Assembly: GCF_036321535.1 (NCBI RefSeq)
Contig: NC_087436.1
Coordinates: 89,344,001 to 89,408,000, forward strand
Direction of reading: 5' to 3'
DNA length: 64,000 bases
From: Camelus dromedarius
Taxonomy: Eukaryota
A program made the position numbers and the translations under genes. Positions 53,650 through 64,000 of the stretch are shown here, piece by piece (position 1 is the stretch's first letter; the number at the start of each line of letters is the position of its first letter). The notes under the pieces are model-generated. The model was not told the origin of the DNA. It was given only the letters and a program-made list of their open reading frames with translations, and searched no databases.

Positions 53650-56569
53650 GCATTTGATGCCACGGATTGCATAATTTCACCAGCATTGTGAGTATATGTA
53701 GAAAACAGAAGAAATTCAAGATTCTCAGGGCTTTCCAATTCTTTGAGTTTGAGGTAGAGAGAAAGGAACTAGAAAAAGACACTGAGAAGATACCTCAGGA
53801 AGGAAGAAAACCAGAAGAATTTGGTATCCTGAAAGCCACCAAGGTAGGAAACCATGTTAGGGAAAAAGAAACGATCAGTGGTATCAATTACTGCTGATAG
53901 GTCAACCAGCTTGAGGCCACAATGAATCTCCCATTAGTCAGATGAGAAGTGCACTATTTTTTCTGGTTAGTAAATTTTGAGGTCTAGAGTTTTAGTTTCA
54001 AATTATTTTGATTCCATCTCATTAAGATTTTTAAGCTAAACCTCTATCAGAATGGAAGATATTAAAAGTTTCTTTTCAGAGAAAGTTTCCCTTTTTGAAA
54101 GTTAGTGATGTATATACATTTGATAAATTGCCAGAAAAGAGCCAAAATATGAAGGAAAATATATTCTAAACATTTAGATTTCCAATATTAGCACAATTAT
54201 TTTGTTGTGGCATGTGTTTTATTGCTAAAACTAGAAACACTAAAAATTCAACAATTAATTACATAAAAAGTGATTCTTTGTTAAAGAGAAGGCAGCTTTC
54301 TATAACAGGAAAAACAAAGTAAAATATGGGTAAGCAGTAGGGAAAGTGGTAAGAGATTCCAGTTTGAAAGAGAAAGGTCAATAATTAAAATCTGAACTTG
54401 ACAACAAATGAATTATTTGAGTTCTGAGGGAGAACAGCTAGTTATTTCAACCTAATTTTGAACCTCTTTCAGCAATCTGTGGATGAACACACACAGGGGC
54501 TCTAAAGCAGTGTTAATATAGCAGTGTGTAAAATTTCGATTTAGAGATTAGTGAGGTGCTATTCATGAAATAATCACAACGAGGGTACTTAGTCTTCAAG
54601 AAGTTAGGTATCTTGTCAATATTCCACAGAGTTAATGTTCAAACAGAAGTCAGTGTGTGTGTGTGTAAGGAATACATTATTAGATTTTAAATCTTTGTAT
54701 TTTTTGTTTTTTGTTGCTTCAAGCTCCTCTTTCCTATTTTATATATTATATTCCTGTTTGTTTCCAATTGCTTCTTATTTATTTCTTTGGATTTAGCCCT
54801 TAGGTGACTTCCTACAGTAGTTTCCACAATACAAATCTCTTAGAAGTCTATCTCATATTTTCTCAATATTTCCCTGTAATACTGCATGCAGTATTCAGTT
54901 AAGAAAATGTTCATTTTTAATTTTCCCAGGAGTTTGAGTAAATATATAAGTAATGCAACCCATAAAGCATCATTCTTATGAAAGTATCATTGAAGGTATG
55001 TGTAATTTTACATAGTTGCCAGATTCATAAAACTTTTCTCTGACAGGTGTGTCATATCTAAATCATGATGCCAAACACTCCTTTAGACTCACCGGATGCT
55101 AACACCCCAGGGAACTTAACAATCCAACCCAACACTCTCTTTAAAAGGTGAGAAATAGTGAGATAAATAGAAACTACATGACATGCAGAAGGCCACACAT
55201 CTTGTAAATTGCAGATCTAGAATTCCATTCCAGGGCAGTTAACGCCAAACATCACTCTTTCCAAACACCTCATAAGTAAAAAACAATAGTATTAATTCTA
55301 GTATTTCTCAATCTCCTCTTAAAACAGCTAGAAGTAAAATTTCTAATAATAACAGGTTGGACATTTTAGCACTTAGTTTAAAAACTGATTCTATTCTCAT
55401 ATCATATCAGCCAAGGAACATAATTTTGTTCATTAAATTGTCTGCATAATAGAAATTTTGTCACCTAGGGGAAGGTAAAGAACATTTCTGGATTCGATCT
55501 TCCTTTTCTGACAGAAAATTATTAGGCAGTTTTGTAATTCACTAAGTGTCATCACTATGTCACTTTAGTGATCAGTTCAAATGATTATGGTTTTCCAAAA
55601 ATTTCTATTAAATCATTATTAAAAGAGCTTGAACATTTTTAATGATGTGGAAAAAAATAATTGAAATAATAGGCTTGACTTATCACTCAGTACCCAAGAA
55701 TATGAATTTTTATAGGGCAAAGTGTGAAACATTTTTAAAGAATCTTTGGCTTTGCAAAGATTCATATTTTGTTGAAGGCAACATGCTATATCTGGGGACA
55801 CAGGGAACCACAACCCTATCTTTTCCCTGTTATTTATACTGTTTCTCCTTTATTGAACTCCTCCCCCATCACCAGGTACTTGGTATTTAATTAATGCTGA
55901 ACTTTTCCCATTTTCTGTGTAACAGAAGCAAGACTTTTACATGCTGAACTTTATCACTACAGGGCTTGTCTGCCCATCTCAGCCTCAAGAAGGTTAAGAT
56001 GCAGTTTTCCCTAATACTCCAGCTGCTGTAGTATTTGATTAAAACCTCTATTCAAACATGTTCCTCATAGTTCTATAGTTAGCTGGACATATATTTTCCC
56101 TGCTAGGTAGCGTCCTCTAGCAAAAATAACTGTAATAGTTATAGCAAAAAATCCTGGTGCATTGTAGGAGATCAAAAATACTTCTTGGATAAATGAAAAA
56201 TGGAATGAATAAAGATAAGAAGGGCTGAATGAATAAATAGAAAAAAATGTTAATGTATTTTCTTGTTAGGCAGAAAGAGTAAACATATTGCAAAGCTAGT
56301 CCATGCCTAGTCTTGGCTTATATACTATATTGATAAACAGAAGATGTTAAAGCAGGCAATTAATGGCAACATTTTCTAATTAATGCTCTGAAACCATTTA
56401 TTGTTTTTTTTTGTTTTGTTTTTTTGCAGCTAACTCCCTTGAAGTTAGAGTGATGTGTGTGACATGCACAGAACAATAGATTGTTAAGAAGAATATTACA
56501 GGTTACTTTTCGGCCAAGATGGTTACATTCCTAGCGTGCTTTCCTTTCTTTTCCACTTTCTCCCACTTC

Positions 56570-56775
56570 AATGAGGATAGAAAAATAGGAGTCTAAGACA
56601 GAGGAACCACATGCTGGAAGAAGCTCAGATCCTGAGTCAGCACTTGGAGGAAATCTATCCAGAATTTTGCATGAGTAAGCAAAGTTGGACCTTACATGAG
56701 GGAGAAATAAACTTTTATCTTATTATGCTGTGTGTTGTTGGTTATAGAAGCTAGGGTTAATTACCATGACAATGT
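56570..56775 (+). mobile_element. Old MLT1 LTR 3' fragment, followed by an old L1 3' fragment to about 57140
   Basis: ggaagaagctcagatcctgagtca...catgagggagaaataaactttt. Confidence 0.55.
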
Positions 56776-57789
56776 GTAAAAATGAGTAATCTCAAAACAT
56801 AATGTTAATATAAAAAGCAAATTGCATACTATATATATATGTGTATATATATATAAACATTAAAAGCATCATAAATAACGTTATTTATTTTGCCTACATA
56901 TGTAATAGTAATAGTAATACACAAATTATGCATAGAAAGAGAATTACATTTAAAGATGGAAGAACAGTTGTGGTGGAGTACTCAGGAAGTTCCTGTTGTA
57001 TCTGTAATGTTTTGTTTTTATTAACTAAATTCTGACTCAATCTTGACAAAATGTTAGAATTTAATAGAGCTGAGTGTAGAGCAACAGGTCTTTGTTATGT
57101 CACTTTTGGTGGTTTACTTCCTGTCTTCTGAAATATTTTAAAAAAACTGACTTTTAATGATTGGGAGGAGTTTAGAGAGAAGAATATAAATCATGAATAG
57201 AGGGGGAGAAAATTTGCACATATTCATGTAAAATTAGATTTAAGCACAAATTACGAAACTTGAGAATGGGATGTCTTTTCCTTTCACCAAGAAATGTATT
57301 TCACTAAGAAACTATAAAACTTTGAGCTACCCCAGAGTTGGAACAGTTTAAAAAATACAAAGTGAAGCAGGAATTAGTCAAATTCATAAACCCCAGAACA
57401 AGTTATCAGAACAAATGTGTGCCCAAAACAGATCTCCCTGAGAACAGTCTGGCCCTGGTGTCTGGGACATCTCTGCTTTCCAGTCAAGCATGACCATGTG
57501 GCCCCAACTAAGACCTTCTCTCACCCAGTCCTGCACTTAGTTTTAGCCCCAGGCAAGCAATACACATGCAGATGTCCTTGGCTCAGCCCCGTTTCGGTCT
57601 TGTTTCCAGGTTTCTTAGTATTTGCTGCCCAGACCATTTGTGGCTGTGCTGAGTTCCTACTGCAGCCCCCTCAGCCCAGGGCAGGATCACAGTGGCAAGC
57701 TCGGTGTGTGTGTCTGCACAATTAGGCATGAAAGAAGTACGCTGATCACACCTCTGGGTTTATACCTGCTGCAGCAATGGACAGAATTG

Positions 57790-58200
57790 TGTTGATTCAA
57801 AAACTGGCCCCCGTACAAGGCAAGGAGGGCAAGGAGAGACTGAACAAGGCTTGTAGGGCAAGGAGAGACTGAGCAAAGAGGCAGATGGCTCCATGTTGGT
57901 AGGTGGTGGTATTAATAAGGAAGGGAACTTACGGGCAAAGGCTGACTCCGGTGGCTGCAAGATGCGTAGGTCTTCGCACACGTCCTCCAGAATCTTAAAG
58001 GTTTATAGAGAAGTCTTAACGGAGTTCGGTCACATATTCCTTCCAAATGGTCTCAACAACACCTTACTCTCTCAAGGCTGTGTCACTGAAACAGCTCCCA
58101 GTGAGGGCACAGTAGGCAGAATGTACATTTCAGGGACAGAGAGGGGGTGAGGAGCCCGGGTCAGCTATGGGTCTCGTCCTCTCCATGACCTCCTCCAGCA
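57790..58200 (-). mobile_element. ERV solo LTR (family not identified)
   Basis: TG...CA termini, 5-bp TSD aattg (57785-57789) / aactg (58201-58205), TATAAA on the minus strand at 58002-58007, internal duplication of gggcaaggagagactga. Confidence 0.75.
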
Positions 58201-58504
58201 AACTGGAAATTCTCTGAGATGTGTCTGGGCCGCCAGCATTCTCTTTTGCAAACTTTCTCCACTCAGCTGCGTTTCCTCTCATTCTTACATACTTCGACGG
58301 ACCTTTGATCGCCATTCACCACTGAAAGTGCAAGCTGTCTAATGCCTTCGTTTTCACTTTGACTAAAAATTATTCACACCAGTGTGTTAACTCCCTAATA
58401 TTTTAACACTTTTAAGCTCTTGACCTCTAATTGTAGAAAGACTTTCTCTCCATCAGTGACAACGAGTTAAAATTAGTGTCAGTTTCAAACACTGAATTTG
58501 TTAG

Positions 58505-58720
58505 TTATTAGTACAGCTAACACTTTGTTAGTGCTCATGATGTTCCAGGCACTCTCTGAATTGTTTTAACATGTAGTAACGCACGTAATCCTTGCAAACA
58601 ATTCTGTAAAATAGGCTGTCATTGTCCCTATTTTGTAAACGATAAAAATGAAATCCAGAGTAGTGAAGCAAGGTTCCCAAGGTCAAACAGTTAAGTCATG
58701 GAGGAACCAGGATTAGAAAA
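58505..58720 (-). mobile_element. MIR
   Basis: cagctaacactt...ccaggcactc...tgtccctattttgtaaacgat...cccaaggtcaaacagttaagt. Confidence 0.8.
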
Positions 58721-60775
58721 GGTCATAAAATAATACTCCAGCCTTGGGGAAGAAGAAACAAGAACTTTGCTACATAATAAGTATAGCATGGTGATGCATG
58801 ATAATTTCACCACAATAAACCGTGTCAGGGAATTGAGCCAACATTTCAACTGATTAGTTACTTATACTAACAAAACAAGGTAATTTCACTGCTTATCATA
58901 GTCCCTTCCGTAGTATGCAACAAAATGATTGCTATGTAATCATTAAAGGAACACTGGAGTAGGAGACAGGGACTTGATTGAGATAATTTTAAAAGTTCTT
59001 TCTGCTCTATTAGTCTGTTAAAGTGCTTTGTTAGTTTTTTTTTTTTTTTTTACTATATTTTATTATAGCTTGTTGCTCTGGTAACATAATCATCAGATCA
59101 CATCTTAAACATCAAAAAATGTAGAGGAAAGACTTTAATGCCCACTGTTCAATGTCTTAGTTTTGAGCCTTATTATTCAACTGACTTATGAGTCTTGATA
59201 TCTGTCGAACAGTCATTCCATTTCAGACATGGACTCCAGTGCTGATTCAGTTCTGGAAATGATAGTGTATGTTCAGATGTGAGACATCTGGGGTCCAGCG
59301 GAAAGGGCTAAGAATAGCCCACTTGGCAGAAATGAGACATGAGGCAAAGCCCAGAAAACACGGGGGAGTGGAAGTAGGTTTGAGGCAGACATGTAAAGAG
59401 AAACACAGATACCAGGAGGAGGGCATGGCCATCTCAAAGAACATCAAAATGAGTCATAAAAATAGTTTGATTATACCAAGCAAGGGGAAAACAAAAAGAA
59501 ATTATTGTTTTATTAGAGAACTCGAAAAGACATATCAAAAGTCTCCACAAAGCAAATATTTCCAAGTTGCAAGTAAATAAAAAAATAAAGAGCAAGAAGG
59601 AAGGAAAAGAAGAGAACCTTTATATTCTTAGAAAGGGCTGGAACACAGAGTTGGCTGTGGGTAAGTTGAGCAGAGGGCAAAATAAATGAAGACATTATTA
59701 ACTGAGCTCCACATGCTGCCGCTCACCTATTTCAAGACAGGTAAGGAGATTCAATATTCATTGTAGAGCCATTGGTTCCTAATTTTTGTGAATTTGCAGA
59801 ATGTTCAGTGACTGAAAAAAAAAAAAAGGCATCTTTAGTGTCTGCATCTTCAGAAGCTTTCTAAAAAGCTGACTGTGGGTTAAGATAGACCGTTGACAGT
59901 TTCTACTTCATGAATACTGAGTATTTGCATTGCCTCACTACTTTCTCTTGAATTCCTGTTTCTTTTAGTATCAAAGGGCTCCATTTCAGAAACTACTCAA
60001 ATCACATTTGCTACATTTTTCTGCATTTAGATTTAAATTTAATTTAAAATTGTACTGGATGGTTATTCACCAAGAACCACTTTTTTTTTTTTTTCCTTTT
60101 AATCACCTTGGGAGAGTTTCTGTGTGTGGGAACATTAACCCCAGAACTACAAAGCTAGCTAGGTTGTGTTTGGCCTCAGCCCAGGTATGCCTTTGGCTTA
60201 GACCAGCCAAGTGACTGGCTCTGTCAGCTCCCTGGACTCACAGCACCCACTGTTTGTATTTATGCCTTAGCAGAATTACAAATAACTACATGCCAGGCAC
60301 CCATGGGAAGTGCCAAAGTATGGAAACTATAAATGTTAAGTCTGTAAATGCCAAAAACTTTTTTTCCCTAGAAGTATGATTTCTAAGGCTGAAAAAAACC
60401 TGGATGATATGGCATCAAATACACATTTACAAAAGAAAATTGGTTCTGGATTTTATCCAGCATATCTTATCAAAAACACATTCTGAGAGACTGTATCATC
60501 TGTTTTTATAGTGGTATCACACAAGTTTGGTTAAAAAACAAGGTATTTTTGGACAATCTCAAAAACCTCCTACTCAGCCTTTAAAGTATATCCCTTAATA
60601 GCCAAAGATGCCAGAAATTATATCAGAGAATCTATCCTTTTTTCAAAAGTATTAATAACAATGTCCTGTTGCTCATTCTGCTTACAATCTTGGCATGTAT
60701 GCCTTGCTATTTTCTTAGGATAAATTCCTAGAACTGTTGGCCCAAAAGTCAAGTCCTTTGAAAAATTTAAATATA

Positions 60776-61003
60776 CCACTGATCCTTGAATAAGGGGGTG
60801 GGGTGGAGAGGTTTAGGGCATGCATCCCCCACGCAGTGGGAAATTGGTTGATAACTTTATAGTCAGCCTTCCTATCCAGCAGTTCCACATCCGTAGATTC
60901 AACCAACCATGGACCCTGTGGTACTGTAGAAGGTGTTTATTGAAAAAAATCTGCATATAAGTGGATTCATGTATTTCAAACTGTGTTGTTCATGGTTCAA
61001 TTG
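60776..61003. mobile_element. Tigger2a-like TcMar MITE
   Basis: Degenerate TIRs ctgatccttgaataa / ttgttcatggttcaattg, TA before the left end, internal gattcaaccaacc and ttgaaaaaaatctgcatataagtgga. Confidence 0.8.
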
Positions 61004-61717
61004 AATTATCATATTGCCCTATAACATAATGGTCTCCTAATTTGCCTGTAAATATGTGTTGTCGGGTCATAGATCAAGTATAGAATTCAGATCTCTACAA
61101 GGCTGTTTAGTTTTTAAGGTCCAGTTCTCTAGAACTAAGATTTCTCCTAAAAGAGGTCAGAGATTAAACCAGTAGAATAAGAATCTCACTGATAAAGAGT
61201 CAGAAGATAAGGATTCAAATCGTGATTTTAGTAGTCATTTGTTACAGAATATGAGAAAGTCATATATTCTCCAAGCCTCAGTCTCATATTTAAAATTATG
61301 TGGCAGAACTAGGTAATATTCTTGGCTCCATTTTGGCTTTGTAATTCTGTGATGGAAGTGGAAAATTTAAAAGGTCAATTTGGACTTTTACTTTCTCCAA
61401 AATTTCACCCTGTCCTTGTTTCACTGCCTGATAAGCCTAAAATGTAAGAGTTTTTCTTTGGTTTAAATTTCCTAGATAATAATATATTTTCTGGATTTAT
61501 TCCTTACATGAATATATATTAAAGGCTTAGGACCTAGGTCTTACAATGATAATAGGGCACCGTACCCTCTCCTGAGAAAGTCAGACAATCATAAATAAAA
61601 ACTATTATGTAAATGATTAGCAGATGTGTAACAACAGTCTGTCAGGATGGATAATCAACTCTTTAGCCAGGAGGACACAGATAGACTTCTCAAGTGAGGC
61701 GCCATTTAAGCTAAATT

Positions 61718-61721
61718 TGTG

Positions 61722-61776
<55 letters not shown>

Positions 61777-61846
61777 GTGTATATACACACACACACACAT
61801 ACACACACATATACATGCACACATACATACATATACATATATATAT
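61718..61846. repeat. (CA)n/(TA)n compound microsatellite
   Basis: Read directly; source of the THTH and VCVC ORFs. Confidence 0.95.
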
Positions 61847-64000
61847 CTAAATGTTTACCAAGTAAATAAAATGGAAAAGAGTATTTCTTTGTCAAATGGC
61901 ATGTAAAGGTACATGGATGACCAAAATAGTTACTAAATCCAGAAAAATGGTTGCATCTAATTTACCTCTGAAAGAAAAAAAATTGAATTGTCTTTTTCCG
62001 TTGTAAAACAAATAGATGTGATTTGGATATCTTATGCTGTTCATAAATCTTAGTTATCAAACATTCAACTTTTCTCCAATTACTTTTTATGGTATACTTT
62101 TTTATTTTAAGGAAAATCCCAAATCCCTCTTTGGTCTTTATCTTTGTGCATTTTCAACATTCATCAATAATACTGGGTTTTTTTCCCTCTGTTCTTAAGT
62201 GTGATATTCAGTTCCTCTAATACTCTTTTAAAATTATGGTTGATGCCACTCCATGCAGTGGCCACCAGATGGTAATGAAGAGCAGTCTGGCTTCATAGTT
62301 TTCTGAGGACCAAATATAATACCACTGTGTCATGTTCCATGTTCCTGGGTTTGCATGGAAAATTTAGTGCCAAACGCTGCATCGGTTTGATGGTCAGCCA
62401 GTATACACCTGTGATACTTTGATTATTTACTTTGTATTAACCTGATTTGTGTGCTAGGTTCTATACTGAGGATTTAAAAATACTGAAAAAGACATACAAA
62501 TACCTGACATTATGCTTTTCTTCAAAGAGTTTTGTCATTTAAACAACATGAAAGGCCAAAATACTTTTATCCACAATGATTAGTGAGAATAAGTACATTC
62601 TTTAGGCTAATTTAATTTCTCTTCTGGTTATGAATATATTTGAAGTAGGAGTCTCTTCATATCACTAGTAAAAAAACTGATAAAATGAAAATAATTCAAA
62701 CATGAATTTAAATATTAATGATGGTATTCATATTTAAATTTAAACATTTAAATATTAATAACACCTAGGTCTCAGACTTCTAGTTTTCAGAATTGAGAGG
62801 AAGTTAACTTCTGCTATTTCAGCTAAAAAAATGAAGAAGAAACAAGACAATGTATTTATCATAAGATAGGCACTTGGCAACAAATTTATCAATATATTTA
62901 ATTTTGAGCACTATTGGTAATGCATCAGTTGCCCTTGTTACTCATTACTATTAGATGCTGAAAAAAGTCTATCACTTGATAGTAGTATTTTTTTTCAGAA
63001 ACTTTGAAAATACACACACGCATACATGGATGCAATCAAGGGAATGTTCCTTCTTATAGTACTTTGTATAAAGTTTATAGAACATTCACACACACATGCA
63101 AAACAATCACGGCTCTTTGGAGTCTAGTATAAAGTAATACTTCTATAATTACTTTGAGACTTACCTCAGAATTCAAGGTCTAACAAATAAAATAATACTT
63201 CACACATTATTAGTCATTTGCAAATAAGCCTACAAGTATTTATTAAATTCATTACTTGGATTCCAAGTCCTTCAAAAGTATTCATTCTACTTATTATAAA
63301 ACATTAGACTTAAGTGAAACAAAAGCTGATATTGGAGAGCTAGTATTTCATATTATAATTTAAATGAATGTGGGATCTTGGAGATGCTTAAGTGTGGATA
63401 TACTTTCTTCAATGTGCAGTTTGGTCATGGACAGTCAAAAAAAATTTAATTAATAATTTAAAATATTTGCTATAATAATTGACTTTCCAAATTTCATGTA
63501 TAGAAATTATTCAGATAAGATACAAATATTGCTTAAATTTTATTCTCTTTCAAGTACTCACACTGAAACCACTAAATCTGCATTAGCTCTATGGCGAAGA
63601 AAAATAAATGTTTATTTTCGAACCAGTAATCAACTAACATTATGAAATATTTATTCAAATAAATGCTGTTAAGGTGTTCTAGCTTTTGTCATTTTTTATG
63701 TTGTAACTATTAAAACAATAGACAGTTTTGAAATTCTTAATAATAGAGATAAAAATCTACAACTAGACAATAATAACAGGCCAGCATACAGGTAAACTTT
63801 TGTAGAAGTATTATTTTAATATAAATAAGGAAAGCCATGACTGGAGAGCATCAAATCAATTTTCTTACCTATACTAAATATATAGGACAGAGAAATGCAT
63901 AAAAGTAAAGATAATCAGTAGCTTCTATATTCTCAGAACTGAAATGTTTCAACTAAGTGTATAACCACAAGCTTTCAGAATTTAAAGCACTAACTCACAT

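Larger units (their letters stand above)
51888..53920 (-). mobile_element. L2 LINE hosting nested L1 and MLT1 insertions
   Basis: attcaacaatgtttattgaatg...gcactattctaaatgctgag L2 3' end; body resumes after 52860 and 53650. Confidence 0.85.

Noticed and set aside
61617..61895. THTH and VCVC repeat ORFs (also IFIF at 5529 and CVCV/YIYI at 32213)
   Set aside because: Translations of microsatellites.
40830..64000. GABRA4 first exon
   Set aside because: No second CpG island or MVSAKK-like start was seen; it is probably beyond the window end.

Overview
Mammalian genomic DNA containing the 5' end of GABRB1 (GABA-A receptor beta-1) on the minus strand. Coding exons 1-3 are 40691-40612, 40446-40355 and 39914-39847 (80+92+68 nt = 80 codons, all GT-AG junctions). 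They lie in a CpG island with a perfect NRF-1 palindrome at the core promoter. Bases 1-39846 are part of the long intron 3, and 40692-64000 is 5'UTR, promoter and upstream DNA; GABRA4, the usual head-to-head neighbour, was not seen. The rest is transposon debris (L2, MIR, old and young L1, ERVL/MaLR LTRs, hAT and Tigger DNA elements) and microsatellites. Artiodactyl-type L1 3' ends with no recognisable Alu, Bov, PRE1, CHR or SINEC SINEs suggest a camelid (inference). I found no new protein-coding system. The two most unusual structures are (i) a ~356-bp TSD-flanked L1 made only of 5' end joined to 3' end at what looks like a splice junction, and (ii) a ~295-bp non-tandem duplication bracketing the GABRB1 promoter and exons 1-3. 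Repeat family names come from recalled consensus sequences, and repeat boundaries are approximate.
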